Source of the DNA: an uncultured archaeon
Lineage (GTDB): Archaea > Asgardarchaeota > Lokiarchaeia > Sigyniarchaeales > SOKP01
DNA: 35,561 nt
Direction of reading: 5' to 3'
Assembly: GCA_964632315.1 (NCBI GenBank)
Contig: CAZWEM010000045.1
Coordinates: 4,893 to 40,453, forward strand
A program made the translations under genes and the position numbers. The notes under the pieces are model-generated. The model worked only from the letters and a program-made list of their open reading frames with translations. It ran no database searches and was not told the origin of the DNA. Shown one piece after another: positions 19,882 to 29,505 of the stretch (position 1 is the stretch's first letter; each line of letters begins with the position of its first letter).

Positions 19882-21306
19882 ATGAATGTGGAAGATACGG
19901 ACAATGAAGAATTTGAGGTTTTACCCTATGAACCTCGGATGATCCCTACACCACCTGATAAAATTAATGTCTCAAGAACCGTATTAATCTCTCTTGCTTT
20001 CTTTATAGTTTTATTTGCATGGTCTTTCTTTAATTTTAAAGTTCCATTACTTTTGGATGAAGTCATTGGGCCCATACCGATAAGAGACTTGATAAAAGGG
20101 GCGGTAATGGCGCTTGATAATATCTTAGCAATTTTTCTACAACCATTTTTTGGTGATCTGAGTGATCGAACGAAGAGTAAGCTGGGAAGAAGAATACCAT
20201 TTATATTTATTGGAACTTGTATTTCTGCCATCTTCTATATCATCATTCCTTGGATGCGAGTTTTAACAGGTTTAGTGCTCATAATATTCTTTTTTGATTT
20301 AGCAATGTCAATCTATCGATCTGCATCAATTGCAATCTTACCCGATTACACCCCAGAAAAAATGTACTCCAAAGCAAGCGCGATTCAACAATTAGTTGCA
20401 AATATGGGAGGTCTTTTTGCTTTTGCGATACCTATTATTATTGGATCTCTCGAAGGTACATTAAATCCAATTCTATTTGATGCAATTGGATTTATCATCG
20501 TTGGAGTAGGTATGATCATATTGGCAATCATAGAGGTGCTAAAAGTTAAAGAAACTCCAACTGGAAAAAAATTTTTCCGAGTTTCTGATACGAAAATCCA
20601 TATCGATCCGTTATCATTTAAAGCTATACAGTCAAGATCAAAAAATGTTGATTCTTCTTCAAAATTAAGCTCTTATCGAGATACTATCAATATTTTAGGT
20701 CACCATAAAGATTTCGCATTTTTCTTGGGTACCGTGTTTTTTATGTATTTAGCATTTGCATCAATTGAATCCTTCTTTTCAAGTTTTGCTGTGTCATACT
20801 TTCAAATTACCGAGGGAGCTGCAGGAACATTATTTTTAGCATATTCTGGACCAATGATTGCAAGCGCATACTTTGTAGGACTATTAGGACAATCTGAAAA
20901 GATTGGGAGAAAAAAAGCTGTGAAGATATTTCTTGGTTGGTTGACCATATCTGTATTTTTCATGGCTGGAATAATCGTACCGATTACATATCATAACTAT
21001 AATCCGTTGATTATAATAATTACCTTAGTTCTGATTGCGATTCCTTGGATGGGCTTTATCGTTAATAGTTTTCCAATTCTATGGACTCTTGCTCCCAAAG
21101 AAAAAACAGGAATTTATACGGGCATTTACTACACTTTTAACCAAGCTGCGTATAGTATCGCTCCGATAATATTTGGTGGGATTCTTTCTATTTTTAGTGC
21201 ATTTGGAGATTATCGTTATATTATACTATTCCCCTCTATATTAATTCTAATAATTATCGCTTTTATCTTATTTTTCAAGTTAAAAGCTGGAGAATCTAGA
21301 GAATAA
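19882..21306 (+). CDS. MFS transporter, SLC45/GPH-like sugar or oligosaccharide carrier
   Basis: 12 hydrophobic segments; MALDN...QPFFGDLSDRTKSKLGRRIPF, A.LPDYTP, G.YTGIYY. Confidence 0.88.
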   Translation: MNVEDTDNEEFEVLPYEPRMIPTPPDKINVSRTVLISLAFFIVLFAWSFFNFKVPLLLDEVIGPIPIRDLIKGAVMALDNILAIFLQPFFGDLSDRTKSKLGRRIPFIFIGTCISAIFYIIIPWMRVLTGLVLIIFFFDLAMSIYRSASIAILPDYTPEKMYSKASAIQQLVANMGGLFAFAIPIIIGSLEGTLNPILFDAIGFIIVGVGMIILAIIEVLKVKETPTGKKFFRVSDTKIHIDPLSFKAIQSRSKNVDSSSKLSSYRDTINILGHHKDFAFFLGTVFFMYLAFASIESFFSSFAVSYFQITEGAAGTLFLAYSGPMIASAYFVGLLGQSEKIGRKKAVKIFLGWLTISVFFMAGIIVPITYHNYNPLIIIITLVLIAIPWMGFIVNSFPILWTLAPKEKTGIYTGIYYTFNQAAYSIAPIIFGGILSIFSAFGDYRYIILFPSILILIIIAFILFFKLKAGESRE

Positions 21307-21492
21307 AAAATCATTAAATTCTCATTTTTTCTTCTATTATATGAACCTTGTATTATTTTGTCATTAAAGGTATTATTTGGAAACGTTACTTTTTTTGTCG
21401 TCACTTAATTACGAAATAATGTCATATTACAAGGATATAAATAGGTAGAATTTTGTGTCCTTTTTTGTATCTAATTTCGGCATTAGTTTATC

Positions 21493-21948
21493 ATGATAAT
21501 AAGAGAAGTAGGAATAATTTCCTGTGGAGTTCCCATCATATTTGAATCGTATCATAACATACGAAAGGAGGATTCCAATCTGATTTTGAATTCTGGTTTA
21601 TTATCTAGCATTTTATCTTTTGCAGAAAGCACTATTGCACCAGTGGAATATCTACAAAGTAATAGATATACCGTTGTATTTAAAAAGGATGAGCTTCATG
21701 ACAAAAACACGCTTAAACCATTCATCGCTTATTTGATAGTTGACAATTTTGAAAAAAATGTAGATAAATATGTTAAGAGAAAAGTAATGCCCCTCTTAAA
21801 AAAGGTTTTGAGAAAGTTTAAAAAAGAATATGAGGGTGCAAATTTCACATCACTCTCACAATTTGAGAATTTTCGTCTCTGTTTGAGTAAAATTTTAGGT
21901 ATTAATATAACCAAAATAGAAGATAATTTTGTTTCTATAGGTTTTTAA
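21493..21948 (+). CDS. Putative longin-domain protein (eukaryotic-signature-like)
   Basis: 151 aa with beta-beta-alpha-beta-beta-beta-alpha-alpha pattern: II.EVGII..GVPI, L.SGLLSSI.SFA, L.KV..KF...Y, QFENF...L.KIL. Confidence 0.65.
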   Translation: MIIREVGIISCGVPIIFESYHNIRKEDSNLILNSGLLSSILSFAESTIAPVEYLQSNRYTVVFKKDELHDKNTLKPFIAYLIVDNFEKNVDKYVKRKVMPLLKKVLRKFKKEYEGANFTSLSQFENFRLCLSKILGINITKIEDNFVSIGF

Positions 21949-21993
21949 AATTTAATTTTATCGAAAAATAACCATATTTTAAATATATTGAAC

Positions 21994-22019
21994 TTACATA
22001 AATTAATTACATAAATTAA
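21994..22019 (+). repeat. Perfect 13-bp tandem duplication (TTACATAAATTAA)x2
   Basis: Read directly: units at 21994-22006 and 22007-22019, ending 31 nt before the 7TM start codon. Confidence 0.8.
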
Positions 22020-22050
22020 TTTATTCAATGAAAAAATTAAAGATTTTATT

Positions 22051-22776
22051 ATGTTACTTCAATTTGATCTTTCTAGAATTTTTTTAGTTTTAGTAATTAA
22101 TTTACTTCTCGGAATCATATTTCTAATATTTGCTTTCAAAATCCTTCATATTAAACGAGGAAGGTTAAATCTTACCTTCAGCGGATTTTATTTATCGACC
22201 GCAGTCGGATTAATGATAAATGCCGCATATGCTTTTATCAATGAAGCAATCAAAAATACAAGTATCGCTCAACTATTAAATTATTTTGCAAACTTTTTTG
22301 CCTTCTACGGGGTGATATTTATGTTAGCTACAAATTACATTTTATTAAAATCAGAAGCAGTCTATTCATTCAAATCTGAGTTGAAATTAATCTTGGGTTA
22401 TGCAGTAGCACTTGGATTAATGGGTGTTCTTTATTTATTAGGAGGGGATTTTGGAGTGCAAATAGATGCTTCTACTTTATGGAGACCTGTCTGGTCACTT
22501 CCATTCTTTTTATACGTTACAACTGTTGTTACTATTTTTGCAGTCATCCCTGTTATAATAACGTCCATCAAAATTGCCAAGAAGATGCAAGAAAAAGAAA
22601 TAAGACGAAGATGGATCAATTTAATGATTGGCTTATTTGGCTTATTTGTTTACCTATACGGTGCATTTTTTAACAACTATATAAACAACAGCACATTTCG
22701 TACAGTCTTTAGCTTTTACGCAATAACTGTGATATTATGGGTATGGCTAATATATAGAGGTATAAAACGAGAATAA
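22051..22776 (+). CDS. Stand-alone seven-transmembrane protein of unknown function
   Basis: Seven hydrophobic helices in 241 aa, basic loop KIAKKMQEKEIRRR between TM5 and TM6, no soluble output domain, no Lys within TM7. Confidence 0.75.
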   Translation: MLLQFDLSRIFLVLVINLLLGIIFLIFAFKILHIKRGRLNLTFSGFYLSTAVGLMINAAYAFINEAIKNTSIAQLLNYFANFFAFYGVIFMLATNYILLKSEAVYSFKSELKLILGYAVALGLMGVLYLLGGDFGVQIDASTLWRPVWSLPFFLYVTTVVTIFAVIPVIITSIKIAKKMQEKEIRRRWINLMIGLFGLFVYLYGAFFNNYINNSTFRTVFSFYAITVILWVWLIYRGIKRE

Positions 22777-22790
22777 ACTTTTTTTTTAAT
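22777..22790 (+). terminator. Oligo-T tract between convergent stop codons (archaeal-type terminator candidate)
   Basis: Run of nine T directly after the 7TM stop, overlapping the stop of the convergent GNAT gene. Confidence 0.4.
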
Positions 22791-23892
22791 TATTTAATGA
22801 ATCAAGTACACGGTTTACTAGTGGTTTACACTTTTTAATAACATCTAATGTATCAAAAGTTGAAACTTTTATTTTTTTAGGAATATAGGCATATAATACC
22901 GAGTCTGTTAAATTACCATTTGGATCGACAATAGAACCAAAATCATATCCTATAACTTTAAATCCATTGTCCTTAGCCAATTTCATTGAATGTATTCCTT
23001 GCTCTGTAGTAGGAATTCTCCAATCAATATATCTCCATTTTGAGTATTTCTTAAGATACATTTTAAGCATAATGTCATGAATACAACCCTCCAAATGAAC
23101 TGATCCAAAACTTTTATTTTCATAGATTCGCATATTATGCCATTTAATCTTTGAATCTCCCATCATTATTGTTAGATCATACTTTTTCATTTTTCGATTA
23201 TTTTTTATGATATAGTCATAAAAATAGAAGACATCTTCATCATTTAATAGATAAACTACACTATGACGTTTTTTCCAAAATTTATTTATTGGTCTGACAT
23301 AAAAAATAACAGGAATAGGATCTCCTTTCACATATGGTTTTTTGGATTTCCCATTCAAAATTCTTCTGTCTCCCCAAGTGGCATAAATTGGATTAAAACC
23401 AAATGCGGTCCCTCCGGTATTTTCCATGATTGCTTGAGCACCCTTACTTTCCGCTCTAGACTCAGCATTTAATCGCAAAATATTTTTAAAAGCAGGTAAT
23501 TTTAAGATATTCAAAATTCCTAGTGCCCCCATCTCAGAAGCTAAACCCAATCCCCTATAATCTGGTCGAATTACTAGTTTTTCTGCTATAGAGGTATAAT
23601 AGTTGCTAATTTCCATGAGTCCCGCTCCAACCATTATTGTTTTGGTTGATTCGAATTTTTCCCCAATAAACCAATAGGTTTTATCACTTGCTATATGTTT
23701 TTTTAATTTTGATATATCATAGACTTCAGGGTCAACATAATTATATTCGTATATCTCATAAAAGATCTGATTTAATTGATGAGCATCATCTGGTTCTCCT
23801 AATCTTAATCCATATTTCTCTCCATTTTTCGTAGAGAATGTTGCAAAATAGGATTTGTCTAATGTTATCTGCATATTACTTAAATCATCCAC
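22786..23892 (-). CDS. GNAT-family N-acetyltransferase with extended C-terminal region
   Basis: LR.GEPDDA..L N-terminal motif and acetyl-CoA motif VIRPDYRGLGLA; GTG start. Confidence 0.75.
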   Translation of the reverse strand: MDDLSNMQITLDKSYFATFSTKNGEKYGLRLGEPDDAHQLNQIFYEIYEYNYVDPEVYDISKLKKHIASDKTYWFIGEKFESTKTIMVGAGLMEISNYYTSIAEKLVIRPDYRGLGLASEMGALGILNILKLPAFKNILRLNAESRAESKGAQAIMENTGGTAFGFNPIYATWGDRRILNGKSKKPYVKGDPIPVIFYVRPINKFWKKRHSVVYLLNDEDVFYFYDYIIKNNRKMKKYDLTIMMGDSKIKWHNMRIYENKSFGSVHLEGCIHDIMLKMYLKKYSKWRYIDWRIPTTEQGIHSMKLAKDNGFKVIGYDFGSIVDPNGNLTDSVLYAYIPKKIKVSTFDTLDVIKKCKPLVNRVLDSLNN

Positions 23893-24036
23893 ATTATCCT
23901 TAGTAATCTAATGGGTAAAGAATTTAATAAATATTCGTTTTTTTCACAAGAAAAAAAGGATTTTTTAACTAAAAAGTAAATTAATAGAGTAAAATAGAAT
24001 TCGTATAACACGAACAAATTAGTAATTTTGGTCGAT

Positions 24037-24945
24037 TTATAAAGACATTTTATAAGTCGAATTAGAAACTTTGAAATAGATTCTTTTTAAGACAATTTCA
24101 AAAGATTTATTTTCAACGTCATAAGGATTTCCTATATTTTCAATTATCTCAAGAATCCGACCTGGTTTTTTAATATTAAAATTCAAAGCATTGCTTTCTT
24201 TTTTCATATTTTCATAATTTAAATCTGAGATTTTCGGTACACTAATTTTTGAGGATAAGTTCTTTGAATCAGTTGTCAGATTATACCTTTTATTATCTTC
24301 TTTAAAGGTTTTTAGGCTTAAATCTTCTAAAAGTTCATTCTTGGGTTTACCTCTTAATTCTAATAATAAAAAGGGATTAAAATCGATGACTCGAGATAAA
24401 TACAAGATCACAGAAGCAATGTGCTTACAAGGAATTGCTTTATCCGGACAAGAACAGCTTGCATCTAACCCATTTAAAGCGTTAGGAAATATCTCTTGCC
24501 CTATTTCTTCAAAAGACTTGATAAATTCAAGGGGTAAAATTCCTTCTAGTAATTTAATAAGATTCAGAGGTTGCTTGGAAAGTTTTTGAATAATTTTCTT
24601 CCAGCTTTCATCCTCGATCGTATCAAAATTTATTTTAACTCGATAAGGAGTTGGAGCGGTTCCTTGAACAGTAGCAAAGATTTGCCCTTTAGTTATTGAG
24701 ATATTATCAATTCTCTTTTCATCATTAGCATAGTCAATACCTCTCTGCATTCTAAATGGACGACCGATTTGTAAATTATGATAGATCCATTCTTTTCCCC
24801 AGGAAGTTTTAGCATAATTAATTAAATCTTTTTTAATTTGTTCAACCTCTTCATGAGTACGCCTTCGTTCATATTCTGTTTTTTTTTCTGGTTTCTTTTT
24901 GCTTGAACGTCTATTTTCCAAGAATTCTTTCTTTCTATTATCCAT
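24037..24945 (-). CDS. SWIM zinc-finger protein
   Basis: R..RG..YA, A.VQGT..PY.V, CSCPD...PCKHIA, F.LL.LRG; directly downstream of the SNF2 gene. Confidence 0.92.
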   Translation of the reverse strand: MDNRKKEFLENRRSSKKKPEKKTEYERRRTHEEVEQIKKDLINYAKTSWGKEWIYHNLQIGRPFRMQRGIDYANDEKRIDNISITKGQIFATVQGTAPTPYRVKINFDTIEDESWKKIIQKLSKQPLNLIKLLEGILPLEFIKSFEEIGQEIFPNALNGLDASCSCPDKAIPCKHIASVILYLSRVIDFNPFLLLELRGKPKNELLEDLSLKTFKEDNKRYNLTTDSKNLSSKISVPKISDLNYENMKKESNALNFNIKKPGRILEIIENIGNPYDVENKSFEIVLKRIYFKVSNSTYKMSL

Positions 24946-24960
24946 TTATCTCACAACCGA

Positions 24961-27900
24961 TTATTTACTTAAAACTAATAATTCCTTTAACTTATCTCCT
25001 TCAAGGCCAGTGATCCACGACTCTCCAGTAGTCGTAACAATCTTGTCGGCCAAATCTTTCTTCTCTTCCAACAAAGCATCTATTTTTTCTTCAATAGTTC
25101 CCTTAGAAATGAATTTATATACATTTACCACAGATCTTTGTCCGATACGGTAAGCCCGATCTGTAGCTTGATTTTCAACCGCAGGATTCCACCACCTGTC
25201 AAAATGGATAACAGTTGTTCCTTGTGTCAAGTTCAGTCCCGTTCCCCCAGCTCTTAATGAAAGAATCAAGATAGGAGGGCTATCAGTTTCACTAGATTGA
25301 AACTTATCAACAATTGACTTTCTTTTTTGTTCTGGAATTCCTCCATGAAAATATAATATCTCTAGCTTTAATCTATTTTCTAGAACTTTCTTAATAATAT
25401 CTCCCATCTGAGTGAATTGGGTGAAAATCAAAACTTTCTCCCCATTTGAAATTACTTCCTCAGACATCTCGACTAATCTTTTTAACTTTTTAGATTTTGA
25501 AATGACTTGTTTCAAATTTTCTTCAAAATTAATTGAATTGATATCTTTCTTTATAAATTGATAAGGATGGTTACAAATTTGTTTTAGTTTCACTATTAAA
25601 CTTAAAATTAGTCCTTTATTTTTTCCTTTATCAGAATAGGTTTTTTGAAGTTCTTTTAAGGTACTATTTACAAGATCTTGGTATAATTCTACTTGGTCTT
25701 CAGTTAATTCAATAAGAATTTTCATTTCATTCTTCTCGGGTAAATCACTGATTATATTCTTATCTGATTTTACCCTACGCATTAAAAATGGATTAATAAT
25801 TAATTTTAACCTATCAATTGCTTGTTGATCTTGAAACCTATCTATGGGAATGATGAAATCCTTCTGAAAATCTGACCTACTACCCAATAAACCAGGATTC
25901 AAAAAGTTAAAGAGAGACCATAATTCCATTAACCTATTTTCGATCGGTGTACCGCTTAGACATATTCTGAATTGCGATTTCAGTTTATTTATCGCCTGAG
26001 TCTGTTGAGAATAATAATTTTTCATATTCTGACTCTCATCTACGATGATCCCGCTAAATTGGATCGTTTCCAAAATTTCGACATCATTCCTTATAGTTCC
26101 ATATGAAGTCAGAAATACTCGATGCGATTGTGTAAATTCTTGGATCTTAGTTAAATCTCGAATCCGATTAGGACCATGATGGATTGTGACTTTAAGCTCT
26201 GGAGCGAATTTATTTAACTCGTGTTGCCAATTAAACAAGATTGAAGTTGGACAAATGATCAAATAACTTCCTGGATTATTAGGAAAATTTTCTTTCAAAT
26301 AACTCAAAAAAGCAATTATTTGAATAGTCTTCCCTAAACCCATATCATCTGCTAGGCAAAGTCCAAAGTTAAATCTTGCTAAATTACCCATCCAATTTAG
26401 ACCTTCTTGTTGATAATGCCTTAATTTACCTTTAAATAATGAGGGAACGGAAATAGAATCAAATTTATTGATTTTTACAAGACTATTTATAATTTGTTTA
26501 AAATCACCCTCTAAAACTACCTCATACTCATTTCCCTGTGCTGATTGAAATTTTCCAGTCATACCGAGCCTCAATGCGTCCATATAGTTTTCAATATGTG
26601 GCTTTTGAAGTGTTTGTAATTCTTCTAAATCTGCTTGTTCAATTAAAACCCAGTCTCCATCCAAATTAATAAGTGGTTTATTAGATTTTATGATCTGGTC
26701 AACCTTTTCTTTCGATACCTCCTTTTCTCCTATTTTTACCTCCCATTTAACATCTAATAATGAATTAACGTCGAATAACGAGGGTAATACCGAATAGGTC
26801 CTCATATTTTGATCTTTTATGTCTCTGGAACGGATTAATAACTTGTTAGTTAATCTTTGCATACCTCCTCTTTTAAATACCTCTGGAAGCTCGACAATGA
26901 CTCCACTTTGTATCAGTAAATCCTTTGGAAATTTTAAAAAATTAATTACCTCGTCATTCGTCAAGTATATGGTACTTTGGAGTTCATCCTCAAATGCTCT
27001 TTGAACAGGAGGATATATTTTAACTATTTTTCCAAGAGCTCTTAATATAAATTCTAAATCAGATCCTTCCTTGTTTACATCATTTTTTAATTCTTCATTA
27101 AGTATATTTGCAACCACCCAGAGTTCCCGTAATGGATAAGATTTATCTTCTAATATTAGGAATATGTTTAAGGACCACTTGCTCTGATTTTCTTTAGGAT
27201 ATTCAAGTTTTAATCTAATTGAGAAATTAACTTTAAATGGGAAGCTTCTAACAGATTGAGTCCAATTTTGAATTAAATCCGGTAAAATTGATTCGTGGAA
27301 ACCACCAATTTTGTATAAAGGATCTTTGGAAATAAGAGACGTGAGAAATTTATAATCCCATGAGGGTTTAAAATTTTCATTAGCTTCTCTTTCAATTTCT
27401 GAGCTATAATATTCTTGAAATGCTATAAAATCTTTTTGATTTAATATTGTCCTTATGAGGCTATCTCCTACTTCATCTAAAAATAAGGAAAATAAATATG
27501 AAGGATGCCATAATCCCTCCGATTTAAATCCACCATTGGATGCAATAAAGTCTATTGGGAGGCAAAAAGAGGCCCATGAACTCCAATTAACTATTGCATC
27601 AAATCGTGATCTATCATTTTCCGTTTTCACTAATACCTTCCAAGAACTTTTATGGTACTTGGAATTAAATCTTTCCATTTTTGGAATAAATTGACCCCTG
27701 TTAAGTAACTCAAACAAGAGCTTTGTTAGAAAAGTCCATACCTTAATCGAATCACTATAATCAACTTTTTCTTCATTGTTAATATCTAATAACTCCATCT
27801 TATATAGTAACCTTGACATTGGAACGATAGGTATTATTTTTCCCCTTTTAATGGAAATATCAAAAAAATTCGAATTCTTAACTGGAAATGCTAAATTAAT

Positions 27901-28152
27901 CTGGCAAGAAATTAATTTTTCTGATGGTATGGAGGGAAAAGCAAGCTCAATACAGTCATTTAATTCTTTTTCAGAGTATTCTTTTTCAATCCAAGCAAAA
28001 AAAAAATCAACATTGTTTGGAAGAACCTCAGAACCAGAAATGATTTTAAAGCCACTCATTTGCTCATTCCAATAGGAAGATGGGATATAACTTAATTCCA
28101 GCTTTAGTTTTGATTTCAAATTAATAATGCGCTCCAATAATGAAATTCTCAA
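24961..28152 (-). CDS. SNF2-family ATPase/translocase with DUF3670-like region
   Basis: LRHYQQEG, LADDMGLGKT, DESQ, SGTPIEN, LKQICNHP, FTQF, SLRAGGTGLNL, DRWWNPAVE, QATDRAYRIGQ; exact start uncertain. Confidence 0.95.
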   Translation of the reverse strand: MRISLLERIINLKSKLKLELSYIPSSYWNEQMSGFKIISGSEVLPNNVDFFFAWIEKEYSEKELNDCIELAFPSIPSEKLISCQINLAFPVKNSNFFDISIKRGKIIPIVPMSRLLYKMELLDINNEEKVDYSDSIKVWTFLTKLLFELLNRGQFIPKMERFNSKYHKSSWKVLVKTENDRSRFDAIVNWSSWASFCLPIDFIASNGGFKSEGLWHPSYLFSLFLDEVGDSLIRTILNQKDFIAFQEYYSSEIEREANENFKPSWDYKFLTSLISKDPLYKIGGFHESILPDLIQNWTQSVRSFPFKVNFSIRLKLEYPKENQSKWSLNIFLILEDKSYPLRELWVVANILNEELKNDVNKEGSDLEFILRALGKIVKIYPPVQRAFEDELQSTIYLTNDEVINFLKFPKDLLIQSGVIVELPEVFKRGGMQRLTNKLLIRSRDIKDQNMRTYSVLPSLFDVNSLLDVKWEVKIGEKEVSKEKVDQIIKSNKPLINLDGDWVLIEQADLEELQTLQKPHIENYMDALRLGMTGKFQSAQGNEYEVVLEGDFKQIINSLVKINKFDSISVPSLFKGKLRHYQQEGLNWMGNLARFNFGLCLADDMGLGKTIQIIAFLSYLKENFPNNPGSYLIICPTSILFNWQHELNKFAPELKVTIHHGPNRIRDLTKIQEFTQSHRVFLTSYGTIRNDVEILETIQFSGIIVDESQNMKNYYSQQTQAINKLKSQFRICLSGTPIENRLMELWSLFNFLNPGLLGSRSDFQKDFIIPIDRFQDQQAIDRLKLIINPFLMRRVKSDKNIISDLPEKNEMKILIELTEDQVELYQDLVNSTLKELQKTYSDKGKNKGLILSLIVKLKQICNHPYQFIKKDINSINFEENLKQVISKSKKLKRLVEMSEEVISNGEKVLIFTQFTQMGDIIKKVLENRLKLEILYFHGGIPEQKRKSIVDKFQSSETDSPPILILSLRAGGTGLNLTQGTTVIHFDRWWNPAVENQATDRAYRIGQRSVVNVYKFISKGTIEEKIDALLEEKKDLADKIVTTTGESWITGLEGDKLKELLVLSK

Positions 28153-28154
28153 CT

Positions 28155-29315
28155 TCAGAGAGAAAGAATAATCGGTTGGGATTTTGTAATTACTTCAACC
28201 TTGCCATTATGAACAACCACATCATTTTCTATTCTAGTTCCTCCAATACCCTTTTTAATGATACCAGGCTCTATCGTGAAAACCATTCCATCCTTAATGG
28301 TTTCTTCTTTCCAATATTTCAAAGAATAATCATCAGTTGGCTTTCGAGTGATAATCGGTGAATCATGCACGGAAAGGCCTAAACCGTGACCTAACGAATA
28401 AGGCATTGAGAATCCACCATCTTTTATCATTTGCTCAGCAGTATCATGAAGCTTCCAAGTAGGTAATCCTGTATCGATCATATCTATTATTGTTTCATAA
28501 ATTCTGACTGTTAAATCTCTCATTTTAACCTGCTCTTGCGTTAGTTCCCCAAAGCTAATTGGGACGGTGATGTCAGAATGATATCCCTGATATTTAGCAC
28601 CAAAATCAATTAAAGCTAATCCTGGAATAGCAAATTTTTGAGTACTTGCACTAGGATATTGATGGATTTCATGTGCTCGGTTCGAGTTTGCAACCAGAGT
28701 TTCAAATGCAATATCATCTGCACCATATTTTTCTACTTTTTTACGAACTAGGAAAGATAAATCTTTTTCTGTTTCATCAGATGCATTTTTACAGAAATTT
28801 TCTATGTCAACGATGGTATTATTTCCAATTTTTGCGGCTTTTTTGAGTTGTTGGATTTCAAAATCACTTTTAGTTGCTCTTAGTTTGGATAGGAATTTTG
28901 TTAGTTTTATAGGTTCCTTGAAAAATTTAATCTCAGGGATAAGAGATTTCATTTTGATAATCTGACCATATGGAAAAAAAGTCTCAACTCCAATCATTGC
29001 TCCCTTTTTATTCCACCTTTTCTCAATTAAATCTTTAATTGCCAATACCCAATTGTATTTGAAATTACTAAGATCAAGGATTTCATCCACTTCTGAATGT
29101 TTTTCTGCAATGTTTATGTCCCAAGGAGCTAAAACTGACTCCCCACTTGAATTTATAAGTAAATAAGCATCAGAAGGATGACCAGAAAGATACTGTAGAT
29201 TCACATTTGGACCTTCTTCGTAATCTAGGATCATTAAAACGTCTAATTGGTTTTCTTGCAAAAATCGAACCAGTTTTTCATATTTTTCTTCTGAAATTGG
29301 TCGCATTTTATTCAA
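28155..29315 (-). CDS. Xaa-Pro peptidase family (M24B) aminopeptidase/prolidase
   Basis: LR..KS..EI, IDFG, SDIT, GHGLG..VHD, FTIEPG, RIEND; ATG at 29306 is the likelier start. Confidence 0.92.
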   Translation of the reverse strand: MNKMRPISEEKYEKLVRFLQENQLDVLMILDYEEGPNVNLQYLSGHPSDAYLLINSSGESVLAPWDINIAEKHSEVDEILDLSNFKYNWVLAIKDLIEKRWNKKGAMIGVETFFPYGQIIKMKSLIPEIKFFKEPIKLTKFLSKLRATKSDFEIQQLKKAAKIGNNTIVDIENFCKNASDETEKDLSFLVRKKVEKYGADDIAFETLVANSNRAHEIHQYPSASTQKFAIPGLALIDFGAKYQGYHSDITVPISFGELTQEQVKMRDLTVRIYETIIDMIDTGLPTWKLHDTAEQMIKDGGFSMPYSLGHGLGLSVHDSPIITRKPTDDYSLKYWKEETIKDGMVFTIEPGIIKKGIGGTRIENDVVVHNGKVEVITKSQPIILSL

Positions 29316-29505
29316 TATCTATTTCTTTAATATTATATAATGAGAAAATCAGCATGAAATAAATAATATAGTCTTTGATCTATGTGTGGATTATGATATT
29401 GACCTTTTTTACTAATTTAGGCAGCAAAAAAAAAACATCTTTAGAATTAGAAAGAAAAATGCATCATTAGAGAGTTTATTTTAATCCTATTTTACATTTT
29501 GAATA

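Noticed and set aside
22051-22776. Microbial rhodopsin, heliorhodopsin or schizorhodopsin
   Set aside because: No retinal-binding Lys in helix 7 and no RYxxW-type helix 3 motif.
1-28152. UvrA and SNF2-SWIM as one repair system
   Set aside because: More than 22 kb apart with unrelated metabolic genes between; no sequence evidence of linkage.
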